Below, piece after piece: positions 10,788 through 19,917 of a DNA stretch of 64,000 nucleotides (within the stretch, counting starts at the first letter, position 1; each line of letters starts with the position of its first letter). The stretch lies in contig CBDAOI010000001.1 of NCBI GenBank assembly GCA_965198005.1, positions 160,001 through 224,000 on the forward strand, in the 5' to 3' direction. The translations under genes were made by a program, and so were the position numbers. The notes beneath the pieces are model-generated. The model was not told where the DNA came from, made no database searches, and saw only the letters and a program-made list of their open reading frames with translations. The stretch is from Spirochaetia bacterium. GTDB taxonomy: Bacteria > Spirochaetota > Spirochaetia > SZUA-6 > Bin103.

Positions 10788-10840
10788 CCTGATTCAGCTC
10801 TGACGCCCGGGCCGGCGCTCCTGCCGCTCGACGGCGCCCG

Positions 10841-11806
10841 CTACCCGTCGCGCGCGAACTTCGCGCGGTAGGCCGCCAGCTCGATCATCGGCGGCCGCTC
10901 CAGTTCCCGAATCTCGTGGCTGACCTGCTCGTAGCGGCCCTCGTCCACCATGAACTGGCGCAGCGTGGTGTTGAGTTCCGGCAGCCGGCTGATGATGCCC
11001 AGCGACTCGACCCGGGTCAGGAAGGTCTGCAGGATGCGGAACCCCATCCGTCCCAGCGCCGCGGTGGGCTGGTTGGTATGGATGCGCCGGTCGAGATCGG
11101 TCTGCGCGAACGCGGTCATGCCCCAGCGGTGGTGGACGTCGATGATGTGGGAGGTCTCGACGCCGTACCCGATCGGAAACGGAATCTTCTCCAGCACTTC
11201 CCGGCGCACCGCGTATTCCCCCGACAACGGCTGGATCAGGGCGCTCAGCTCGGGAAAGAACAGCGAGAACAGCGGCCGGATCAGGATCTCGGTTACCCGC
11301 CCGCCGCCGGACGGCCGCAGCCGCGCCGACTGCGCCAGCGGCCGGTCGTAGAACGCCTTGACGTATGACACTTCCGGCATGCTCAGCAACGGCCCCACCA
11401 GTCCGTACACGAAGCGCGGGTGGATGTTGGTGATGTCGGCGTCGACGTAGACGATGATGTCGCCGGACAACTGGTACACCGCCTTCCACAGATTCTCGCC
11501 CTTGCCGCGATGGTGCCCGCACTCCGGCAGAATCTCGGCGGCCGGATACACGTCGGCGCCGAACGCGCGCGCCACCGTGCGGGTATCGTCCTCGGAACCG
11601 GAGTCGATCACCGCAATCTCGTCGACCAGTCGGTGGCGGTCCATCAACTCCGACTTCAGCACCACGATCTCCTTGCCGATGGTGCGCTCCTCGTTGAGGG
11701 TCGGGATGCACAGCGAGATGGAGAGGCCGAGGTCGCGCTTGCGCCGCTCCAACTCGGCCAGCTCGAACTGGCTGTGGTGGAAGGTGTTGGTTTCCAGCCA
11801 GCTCAC
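10841..11806 (-). CDS. gpgS: Glucosyl-3-phosphoglycerate synthase
   Basis: PTLNEE, DSGSED, GKGENLW, DADI, GGGRVTE, QPLSGEYA and GYGVE. Confidence 0.9.
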   Translation of the reverse strand: MSWLETNTFHHSQFELAELERRKRDLGLSISLCIPTLNEERTIGKEIVVLKSELMDRHRLVDEIAVIDSGSEDDTRTVARAFGADVYPAAEILPECGHHRGKGENLWKAVYQLSGDIIVYVDADITNIHPRFVYGLVGPLLSMPEVSYVKAFYDRPLAQSARLRPSGGGRVTEILIRPLFSLFFPELSALIQPLSGEYAVRREVLEKIPFPIGYGVETSHIIDVHHRWGMTAFAQTDLDRRIHTNQPTAALGRMGFRILQTFLTRVESLGIISRLPELNTTLRQFMVDEGRYEQVSHEIRELERPPMIELAAYRAKFARDG

Positions 11807-13011
11807 TCGCAGCAGCCTCCGTCCATGGCCAGCAGGATGCCCAGGAGCTGCGCCAAGCCGGTGTAGATCGGCTCGATCCGAATCGACTCGGTCGCCTGCC
11901 CCAGCGCCTCGCCCGAAGTCAGCCCCACGGTCACCGCCGGAATCCGATGGTCGATGAAGGCGGACAGCTCCGAGGTGCTGGGCGACAGCCGCGGAGTGAG
12001 CGCCAGGCTCTGCATCAGCCGCCGGGTGCGGCGCACCAGCGGGTGGGTGAAGCCGAGCCCGCCCGGACGGCGGCGGGCGAACACGTTCAGGCTGATGTCG
12101 GCCGCGGTCTGGGAGGAGACCTCGTCAATGATGTCGGAGATGTCCTGCAGGAGCTGGCGCACCATCGCCCCCGACTCGCTGCGCGCCTCGAACTGCAGCG
12201 TGGCGCTGGTCGCCACCCGGCTGGCCGACGTGCCGCCCTCGATCCGCCCCAGCACGATGGTGGTGCGCGGCCGTTCGGGAGTGGGGATCTCCAGCATGCG
12301 GCTGATGATGTCGTTGAGGGTGGAGATTGCGCCGCGGGCGCCGAACCGGGTCCAGTCGTATTCCTCCGGCACGGTGCAGATGATCTCGCCGCGAATCATG
12401 CCGATCGAGCTGTAGCTGAGGCGGCCGAGCTGCACCCCCTCCACGCACAGCCCGAACTGCAGCGGCAGGTCGGCGTGGTCGAGAAAGAAGCGCACCCCCG
12501 CCAGGTTGCCGCGCCCGAGCCCGCGGCTGCAGGCCAGGCCCAGCAGATTGGAGCGCAGCGACAGTCCCAGGCGCTCCAGCACCGTCGGCAGCGCGGTCAC
12601 CGCGGCCAGCCCCAGCGCGTTCTCCGCGACCGACGCACCGGTCACGCGATCCGGCTGCACCACGACGGTGTGGTTCACGCTGGCGGCCACCGGCGTGTCG
12701 ACGTGCGCTACCACCAGGATGTTGCGCTGGCCGTCCGGCTCGCCACCGGGCAGCACGCCGGCGACGTTGCCCATTTCGTCCAGCGAGCAGTCGAGGTAGC
12801 CCAGCTCCGCGAACCGTTCCTGCACGAACGCGGCCCGCGCCTCCTCGCCGAAGGTGGGCGCCGGAATCTCGGCGATCATCGCCAGGTTGGCCAGCACCAG
12901 GTCGTGCACGCGATGGAGCTGCTCCGGCAGCGCCTCGGTGCGCCGCAGCACGGTATCGAACCCTGTCACGCTGACCTTGCTCACGCCGCGCCCAGTGTAG
13001 CCCAGCTTCAC
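11803..13011 (-). CDS. M20/M25/M40-family peptidase-like protein (start uncertain)
   Basis: EIPAPTFGEEAR, DEMGNV and LVVAHVDT; several metal-ligand positions look atypical. Confidence 0.75.
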   Translation of the reverse strand: MKLGYTGRGVSKVSVTGFDTVLRRTEALPEQLHRVHDLVLANLAMIAEIPAPTFGEEARAAFVQERFAELGYLDCSLDEMGNVAGVLPGGEPDGQRNILVVAHVDTPVAASVNHTVVVQPDRVTGASVAENALGLAAVTALPTVLERLGLSLRSNLLGLACSRGLGRGNLAGVRFFLDHADLPLQFGLCVEGVQLGRLSYSSIGMIRGEIICTVPEEYDWTRFGARGAISTLNDIISRMLEIPTPERPRTTIVLGRIEGGTSASRVATSATLQFEARSESGAMVRQLLQDISDIIDEVSSQTAADISLNVFARRRPGGLGFTHPLVRRTRRLMQSLALTPRLSPSTSELSAFIDHRIPAVTVGLTSGEALGQATESIRIEPIYTGLAQLLGILLAMDGGCCE

Positions 13012-13158
13012 CCGTGCCGGCTACGCCCGACTGGCTGCCCTGGCTTGGCTGTGGCTGCGTGGCTGCGGGAGGGGGTGACACCGCTTCCGCTGGTGTCGAT
13101 AATGGTGCGTCATGGCCATGATTCGCCGGTGGATTGCCGCAGGTTTGGGTTAGTCGAC

Positions 13159-14307
13159 ATGAAGGCGCCGGGACAGCGTGTATTCACTCCCGGCACGGGC
13201 GCCGACCCGCCGGCGCTCACCGGGCGCGAGCGGGAGCAGGCGGTATTGACCCAGTGCTTGGCGGACCTGCTCGGCGGGACCTCCCCGCCGCACGACGTCG
13301 CTCTGACCGGGCCGCGCGGCAACGGCAAGACCGTGCTGCTCAACTGGTTCAAGCGCGCCTGCCGCGAGCGCGAGCCGGAAGTGGACGTGGCGGCCCTGAC
13401 TCCGAGCGATATCCCCACCCGTGACGCATTGGTCGATGTCCTGTCGCCGCCGCCCGGGCTAGCGAAGCTGCTGCCCCGGAAAGTGGGCGTCGCGGCGGTC
13501 GGCTCGGTCGAATGGGCGCCCCGATCCGGGGGCATGCGGAACCTGCAGACGGTATTGGCCGCGCGGTGCCGCAAGCGACCGCTTGCGGTCCTGCTCGACG
13601 AGGCGCATACGCTGGACCTGGAGGTGGGCAGAACGCTGCTCAACGCCAGTCAACAAGTGCGCGATGAGGCGCCGTTTCTGCTGGTGCTGGCGGGCACGCC
13701 GGGCTTGGCGGCGCATCTCGGCGCCATGAATGCATCCTTCTGGAGCCGCTTGGGCGTGGGCCGACTGGGCATCGGCCTGCTGAGCGACGCGGCCACCCGA
13801 GCCGCCCTGGTCGAGCCGCTGGCCGCCCACGGCGTGCGCATCGACGCCGAGGCCCTCGATGCGGCCGTCGAAGACAGCCAGCGCCATCCGTACTTCGTCC
13901 AACTCTGGGGCGAGGCCCTGTGGAAGCGGCACCTCGCCACCGGCGCCACGCGGCTGACCGCCGACCACGCGCTTGCGGCGCGACCTGACGTGGCCGCCCG
14001 AGTCACCGACTACTACGAGGATCGGTATCTCGAGTTGGATCAATCGGGCTGGCTGGCAGTGGCCGAGCGGGTGGCCGCCCGGTTTCAATCCGTGCCGACG
14101 CTGACCTATGAGGAGTTGAAGTCCGCGGTCGCCGCCGGCCTCGCGCCCAACGCGGACCCGGGGCAGGCGCGGGCGGCGCTGGCCGTCCTGCAGCGCCTGG
14201 GCTTCGTCTGGCGACCGCCGGGCCAGCTGCCGCCGGTTCGCTACGAGCCCGGTATTCCCTCGCTGATGGCCCACGTGCTCGCCCACGGCGCGCCGTCGGG
14301 TTCGTAG
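13159..14307 (+). CDS. AAA-family ATP-binding protein
   Basis: FTPGTGADPPALTGRE, Walker A GPRGNGKT, Walker B LLDEAH, HPYFVQL. Confidence 0.85.
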   Translation: MKAPGQRVFTPGTGADPPALTGREREQAVLTQCLADLLGGTSPPHDVALTGPRGNGKTVLLNWFKRACREREPEVDVAALTPSDIPTRDALVDVLSPPPGLAKLLPRKVGVAAVGSVEWAPRSGGMRNLQTVLAARCRKRPLAVLLDEAHTLDLEVGRTLLNASQQVRDEAPFLLVLAGTPGLAAHLGAMNASFWSRLGVGRLGIGLLSDAATRAALVEPLAAHGVRIDAEALDAAVEDSQRHPYFVQLWGEALWKRHLATGATRLTADHALAARPDVAARVTDYYEDRYLELDQSGWLAVAERVAARFQSVPTLTYEELKSAVAAGLAPNADPGQARAALAVLQRLGFVWRPPGQLPPVRYEPGIPSLMAHVLAHGAPSGS

Positions 14308-14328
14308 GGGCTTGAACGAGGTCAAGAA

Positions 14329-14365
14329 ATGAGTGCCTACGTAATCCGCCGGCTGCTGATGGTAG
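14329..14365 (+). pseudogene. Orphan 5' fragment of a DppB-like permease
   Basis: Encodes [11 protein letters not shown], matching the permease starts at 53047 ([11 protein letters not shown]) and 39597. Confidence 0.55.
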
Positions 14366-14411
14366 AGCATCGCTCAGCGTTCGCACCCGACCCCAACCAG
14401 GAGGCAGCGAT

Positions 14412-14735
14412 ATGATTCTGACGACTACGCCGACCATCGAAGGCAAGACCATTCGCGCCTACTGCGGCATCGTCACCGGAGAGGCGATCATCGGCGCCAA
14501 CATCTTCAAGGATTTCTTCGCCGGCATCCGCGACATCGTCGGCGGCCGCTCCGCGGCCTACGAGGCGGAGTTGCGCAATGCCCGCGAGCTGGCCCTGGAG
14601 GAAGTGACCGAGGCGGCCCGGCAGCAGGGCGGCAACGCGGTGGTGGGCATCGACCTCGATTACGAAGTCGTGGGCCAGGGCGGCAGCATGCTGATGGTGT
14701 GCGCCAGCGGTACCGCCGTCACCGTCGAGTCGTAG
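14412..14735 (+). CDS. ybjQ: YbjQ/UPF0145-family protein
   Basis: [29 protein letters not shown]...[12 protein letters not shown]. Confidence 0.92.
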   Translation: MILTTTPTIEGKTIRAYCGIVTGEAIIGANIFKDFFAGIRDIVGGRSAAYEAELRNARELALEEVTEAARQQGGNAVVGIDLDYEVVGQGGSMLMVCASGTAVTVES

Positions 14736-14754
14736 CCAGGTTTGCCTGACGCAG

Positions 14755-14938
14755 GCGGGCGAAGATGCTTCGCCAGATACTGCTGGCGCGGGGCATCGAG
14801 GTGTCAGCGAGGTTCCCCGCCGACGCGGCGGCGTTTGCCGCGGTGTCCGAGGACGCGCTGCTGGCGGCGGCCCTTGGCTGCACGGACGAGGAGGAGTTCC
14901 TTGCCGCGCTCCGTGAATCGCGCGCCGCAGGCGGCTGA
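14755..14938 (+). pseudogene. C-terminal remnant of a Uma2-like gene
   Basis: Nucleotide similarity to 27962-28146, continuing through the stop codon. Confidence 0.75.
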
Positions 14939-14968
14939 CTTCACCAGCACAGCCGCAGCGACCGCGGC

Positions 14969-15793
14969 TCATCGGCCGGCCGCGCCGCTCCGGCGCTGGC
15001 GCAGCGCCTCGAACAAGAGGGCGGTCCCCGCCATGGCGACGTTGATCGAATCGGCGCGGCCCAGCATCGGGATCGACACCGCGCCGTGTGCGCCGCTCAG
15101 CCACGCGGCGTCGAGGCCGAACTGCTCGTTGCCGAGGACCACGGCCAGCGCGCCGGTAAGGTCGTGGTCGGTATAGCACCGCTCGGCGGCGGGTGTGGTG
15201 ACCACCGTACGCACGCCGCGGGCGGTGAGCCAGCGGCGCGTGGCCGCGGCGTCCGCTTGGGCCGCCGGGACCGTGAACAGCGTGCCGACGCTGGCGCGCA
15301 CCACGTTCGGATTGAACAGATCGGTCACCGGGTCGCAGGCGATCAGCGCGGCGGCGCCCACCGCGTCGGCGGTGCGCAGCAGCGTGCCCAGGTTGCCCGG
15401 TTTCTCGATGGCGGTGGCCACCACGTACAACGGATCGGGCGGCGGCGCGGGCAGGCGGTCGAGCGTCCAGGCCGGCTGCGGCGCCACCGCGAGCAGGCCG
15501 TCGGGGCGGTCGCGGTAGGACAGCCTGGCAAATACCGCGGGTGCCGTTTCGAGCAGCCTGGCGCCGCAGGCGTGGCAGGCGCGGTCCAGCAACGCCGGCT
15601 CATTGCTGCCCAGGTAGAACGGCGGACAGTGGTACACCGACTCCAGCGGCAACCCCGCCTCCACCGCCCGCAACAACTCGCGGTAGCCTTCGATCAGGAA
15701 CAGCCGCTCGCGGTCGCGCGCCCGCCGGCGGCGCAGCCGCATCACCCGTTTCACCCCGGCGTTCCGTGTGCTCACCACCGGCGGCTGCTCCAT
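14969..15793 (-). CDS. TrmH/SpoU-family RNA methyltransferase
   Basis: IEKPGNLGTLLRTADA, LGNEQFGL and IPMLGRADSINVA. Confidence 0.93.
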   Translation of the reverse strand: MEQPPVVSTRNAGVKRVMRLRRRRARDRERLFLIEGYRELLRAVEAGLPLESVYHCPPFYLGSNEPALLDRACHACGARLLETAPAVFARLSYRDRPDGLLAVAPQPAWTLDRLPAPPPDPLYVVATAIEKPGNLGTLLRTADAVGAAALIACDPVTDLFNPNVVRASVGTLFTVPAAQADAAATRRWLTARGVRTVVTTPAAERCYTDHDLTGALAVVLGNEQFGLDAAWLSGAHGAVSIPMLGRADSINVAMAGTALLFEALRQRRSGAAGR

Positions 15794-15956
15794 CGCCGGC
15801 CAGTATGGCGCCCGCCCACCGGCGCTGTCCATCGCTCATCCGGAGTATCCGAAGTATGCTACGGTACCACGCACGCACGGCACGCGGACGACGGCGGCCC
15901 GACACGCCGGCCTGCCGAACATGAGAGGGACATGACGAAGTCACACGAGGTTGCGC

Positions 15957-17660
15957 ATGGCGTCCGGTAAGCTCACCGGCGCGCAGATACTGGCGCGCAC
16001 GCTGGCGCTGGCGGGAGTCCGCGAGACGTTTACCATCGTCGGCGATCACGTGCTGCCCGTGCTGGACGAGATGACCGGCGGCGAGTTCCGCCTGATCGAC
16101 GCCCGGCACGAGCAGGCGGCGGCGCACATGGCCGACACCTGGGCGCGCATCACCGGCAAGCCCGGAGTCGTGATCGCCACCACGCCGGGGTTCGCCAACG
16201 TGGTGCCCGCGCTGGCCAACGCGGTCCACACCGAGGGACCGCTGCTGTCGATCGGCGGGTCGGCGGAGCTGGCTGAGCTGGGCCGCGGGGCGATGCAGGA
16301 GATCGATCAGGTGGGCATGGCGCGGCCGGTCACCAGGCTGTCCGAGATGGTCACCGATCCGCGCCGCATCCCGGACACGGTGGCGCGCGCCCTGCGGCTG
16401 GCCTACTCCGGCCGGCGCGGGCCGGTGCACCTCACGATCCCGCTGGACCTGCAACGCAGCGCCGTCCCCGCCGCCGAGGTCGACTTCACGGTGGTGACGG
16501 ACCGCCACGCGCGGCCGGTCGCGGCTGCCGACCCGGACGCGGTGCGCACCGCCCTCGATCTGCTGGCGGCCGCCGAGCAGCCGGTGGCGATTGCCGGCGG
16601 CGCGGCCGCCTACTCCCGTTCGGGGGAGGCGCTCACGCGGTTCGCCGAGGCCACGCGCACGCCGGTGATGACCGAGGGCGACGCGCGCGGACTGATCCCG
16701 GATGACCACCCATGGTGCGCCGGCTTCTACGACACCGGCCTGAACTGGGCCGCCAGGCTGGTCAGCGAGGCGGACGTGGTGGTGCTGGTCGGACGCAAGC
16801 AGGACCTCGTGATGCGCTACGCGGCGCCGCCGGCGGTGGCCGCCGCGGCGCGCCTGATCCAGATCGACCCCGAGGCGGCCGAGATCGGCCGCAACCGCCC
16901 GGTCGACGTGGGCCTGGCCGGCGACACCGACGCCGTGCTGACCCAACTGGCCGACGCCGCCGCCGGCCGCGACCGGACCGGCGGCGCCGGGGATGCCCGC
17001 GACCAGTGGCGCGCACGGCTGGCCGGGGAACGACAACGCATGGACTCGTGGCTGGAGGAACTGGACGGCGACACCGAGCCGCTGCACGGCATGGCGATCT
17101 TCACCGAACTGCGGAAGCTGCTGGGGAAGCAGGACTCCATCGTGTTCGAAGGCGGCGACTTCGGCCACTTCGGGCGCGCCTACGTCGGCGCCTATCGCCC
17201 TCTGGCCTGGTCCTACTTCTCGACCTTCGGGATGCTCGGCTCGGGGCTGCCCACGGCAATGGCGATGAAGCTGGCGCGCCCCGACACCAACGTGGTGCTG
17301 GCCACCGGCGACGGCGCGTTCGGGTTCAACGGGTTCGAGCTGGACACCGCGGTGCGCCACGGGATCGACGTGGCGCTGGTGGTGGGCAACGACGCGGCGT
17401 GGGGCATCGACCGCCAGATCCAGCTCGGCGTGTACGGGCGCACGGTGGTTACCGATCTGCTGCCGGCGCGCTATGACCTGGTCGCCCGCGGGCTGGGCGC
17501 CGACGGCTTCCACGTCCGGCGCCGGGAGGAGTTGCGGCCGGCGTTGCAGGCCGCGCTCACGGCCGGCCGCCCCGCGCTGGTGAACGTGGCGATCGCCTGC
17601 TCCCGCAGCCCGCGCTCGGCCGCGGCGATCGAGCGCTGGCGCGCGTTCAAGCAGCAGTAG
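15957..17660 (+). CDS. Thiamine-pyrophosphate-binding enzyme (acetolactate synthase-like)
   Basis: RHEQAAAHMAD, GPVHLTIP and GDGAFGF...GND. Confidence 0.9.
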   Translation: MASGKLTGAQILARTLALAGVRETFTIVGDHVLPVLDEMTGGEFRLIDARHEQAAAHMADTWARITGKPGVVIATTPGFANVVPALANAVHTEGPLLSIGGSAELAELGRGAMQEIDQVGMARPVTRLSEMVTDPRRIPDTVARALRLAYSGRRGPVHLTIPLDLQRSAVPAAEVDFTVVTDRHARPVAAADPDAVRTALDLLAAAEQPVAIAGGAAAYSRSGEALTRFAEATRTPVMTEGDARGLIPDDHPWCAGFYDTGLNWAARLVSEADVVVLVGRKQDLVMRYAAPPAVAAAARLIQIDPEAAEIGRNRPVDVGLAGDTDAVLTQLADAAAGRDRTGGAGDARDQWRARLAGERQRMDSWLEELDGDTEPLHGMAIFTELRKLLGKQDSIVFEGGDFGHFGRAYVGAYRPLAWSYFSTFGMLGSGLPTAMAMKLARPDTNVVLATGDGAFGFNGFELDTAVRHGIDVALVVGNDAAWGIDRQIQLGVYGRTVVTDLLPARYDLVARGLGADGFHVRRREELRPALQAALTAGRPALVNVAIACSRSPRSAAAIERWRAFKQQ

Positions 17661-17695
17661 TGTCAACGAAGGATCGGGGAGGCCAGGGAGGCATC

Positions 17696-18742
17696 ATGGC
17701 GCAACGGGCAATCGAGGAACAGGCTCTGGATCCGGGGCGGGTGGTGGTGGACGCCCATCACCATCTGTACGACACGCCGCGCGACGGCGGCGTCTATCTG
17801 CTGGACGACCTGTGGCGCGACACCGGGTCGGGCCACCGCGTGGTGCAGACCGTCCACGTCGAGGCCGGCTCCGGCTACCGCCCGGCCGGTCCCCCGGAGC
17901 TGCGCCCGGTCGGCGAGACCGAGTGGCTGGCGGACATCGCCCGCACCAGCGCCGGCGGCGCCGGATCGACCCTGGCGGGGATCGTCGCCCGCGCCGACCT
18001 GGGCCTGGGGCGCGCGGTCGGCGGCGTGCTCGACGCCCACGCCGAGGCCGGGGCGGGGTTGTTGCGCGGCATCCGCCACGCCATCGCGCGCGCCGAGAAC
18101 CCCGCCATTCACCCCCGCCCGCCCGGCCGCGCGCCCGCCGGCCTGGCCGCCGACCCGAAGTTCCGGGAGGGGGTGCGGCTGCTCGGCGAACGGAGCCTGA
18201 CCTACGAGAGCTATCACTATCACTTCCAGCTTCCCGAGTTCATCGCCCTCGCCCGCTCCGCCCCGGATACGGTGATCATCCTCGACCACGTCGGCATGCC
18301 GCTCGGCTTCGGCCCCTACGGCGCGCGCCGGCAGGAGATCTTCAGCCAGTGGCGGCGCGACCTCGCCGAGCTGGCCCGCCTGCCGCACGTGTTCGCCAAG
18401 CTCGGCGGCCTGGCGCAGCCGGAGAACGGCTTCGGCTGGGAGCGCCGGGCGACCTCCGCGACCTCCGACGAGATCGTCGCCGCCCACCGCCCGTACTACG
18501 AGTTCGCCATCGAACAGTTCGGCCCGCGGCGGTGCATGTTCGAGAGCAATTTCCCGGTCGACAAGCTGTCGGTGACCTACTCGGCCCTGTACAACGCCTT
18601 CAAGAAGATCGTCGCGGCCTGCTCCGACGACGAGCAGGACGCGATGTTCAGCGGCACCGCCCGGCGCGTGTACCGGCTGGACGAACCGGACGAGCCGGGC
18701 GAGATGGACGCGGGGGTCGGCGGCGGTGCTGGCCAGTCTTGA
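17696..18742 (+). CDS. Amidohydrolase_2-family protein
   Basis: DAHHHL, ILDHVG and MFESNFPVD. Confidence 0.9.
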   Translation: MAQRAIEEQALDPGRVVVDAHHHLYDTPRDGGVYLLDDLWRDTGSGHRVVQTVHVEAGSGYRPAGPPELRPVGETEWLADIARTSAGGAGSTLAGIVARADLGLGRAVGGVLDAHAEAGAGLLRGIRHAIARAENPAIHPRPPGRAPAGLAADPKFREGVRLLGERSLTYESYHYHFQLPEFIALARSAPDTVIILDHVGMPLGFGPYGARRQEIFSQWRRDLAELARLPHVFAKLGGLAQPENGFGWERRATSATSDEIVAAHRPYYEFAIEQFGPRRCMFESNFPVDKLSVTYSALYNAFKKIVAACSDDEQDAMFSGTARRVYRLDEPDEPGEMDAGVGGGAGQS

Positions 18743-19148
18743 GCGCCTGACCGGCGCCCTGCGGCAGGTGGCGGCGCGCTGTCCGTGGCTGAAGCAGTGC
18801 ACCATCGAACAGTACGCGCGCGAGTTGCACGCCGAGGCGGGCGAGGTGCTGCAGGCGGTCGCCAATCGGGATCCCGCCAACCTCAAGGAAGAATTGGGCG
18901 ATCTGCTGTGGGATACTCTGATCTGCGCCCTGCTGGCCGAGCGCGCCGGCCACTTCCAGGCGCACGAGATCGTGGACGGCGTCGTGGCCAAGATGCGGCG
19001 GCGCAAGCCCTACGTGTTCGACGGCACCGAGGTAACGGTGGATGAGGCGAAGCGCATCTGGGCGGCGGTCAAGGCCAGCGAGAAGCGCGAGCAACGCACC
19101 GGCACGCGGCCGCCAACCGTAGTCAGGGAGGAGACGACAGTTACATGA
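18726..19148 (+). CDS. Single-domain MazG nucleotide pyrophosphohydrolase
   Basis: CPW, EAGEV, LKEELGDLL and KMRRRKPYVF. Confidence 0.85.
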   Translation: MLASLERLTGALRQVAARCPWLKQCTIEQYARELHAEAGEVLQAVANRDPANLKEELGDLLWDTLICALLAERAGHFQAHEIVDGVVAKMRRRKPYVFDGTEVTVDEAKRIWAAVKASEKREQRTGTRPPTVVREETTVT

Positions 19149-19771
19149 GCCGCGTATTCATCTATTGGGACAACTCGAACATCTTTCACGAACCGCAGCG
19201 CTTCGCAGAGGAACGCAACGAAGGCCCCGACGCTCGCTATCGCGTGCGCATCAACTTCGACAACATCCTCCGTTTGGCGCATGCCGACCGCACGCTTGGG
19301 CGGGCGGTGGCCGCGGGCTCGATACCCCCGGAGATGCGCCAGTTGTGGAATCGAATGGAAGCTGCGGGAGTGGAAGTCCAGCTCTTCGACCGTGGAAGCG
19401 CGGAGCGGAGCGAACAGGACACGCCGGATCGGATACTCCAGTTGCGAATGCTGGAAGATGCCCTCGACTACAACGGAAACCCCGGCGTTGTGGTCTTGCT
19501 GACCGGCGACGGCGCAGGGTACCATGGAGGCACGGGCTTCCACCGGACACTGGAGCGCATGCATAAGCGTGGCTGGCGCGTTGAAATCCTGTCGTGGAGG
19601 CATTCCTGCAATCAGCGGATGCGCCGGTGGGCGGAAGATAATGGGTTGTTCGTCGCTCTCGACGACTTTTTCGAGTCGATCACCTTCATGACCCCGTCGC
19701 GGCCCGGGTTCGAGCATGCTTTGGGACGCGAATCGGCAGCCCTGGACTTGGCACTGCGGAAGACCGCCTGA
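19145..19771 (+). CDS. NYN-domain protein
   Basis: VFIYWDNSNI, LLTGDG and GWRVEILSW. Confidence 0.85.
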   Translation: MSRVFIYWDNSNIFHEPQRFAEERNEGPDARYRVRINFDNILRLAHADRTLGRAVAAGSIPPEMRQLWNRMEAAGVEVQLFDRGSAERSEQDTPDRILQLRMLEDALDYNGNPGVVVLLTGDGAGYHGGTGFHRTLERMHKRGWRVEILSWRHSCNQRMRRWAEDNGLFVALDDFFESITFMTPSRPGFEHALGRESAALDLALRKTA

Positions 19772-19917
19772 CCGAGTCGCACGCGTTGGACGAGTCGGAC
19801 ATATGGGATCGATAGGATCGATGGGATTGGCGGTGACAATGATTGTCGTGTACAGTCTGCCCATGGTCGTCGACGCCGTACGAGACGTGCTCGGCGTGCG
19901 GCCGGGAGACACGGCCC

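Noticed and set aside
10774-10804. 15-bp duplication at the CBS gene stop as an att site
   Set aside because: It is an adjacent tandem copy with no integrase or intervening element
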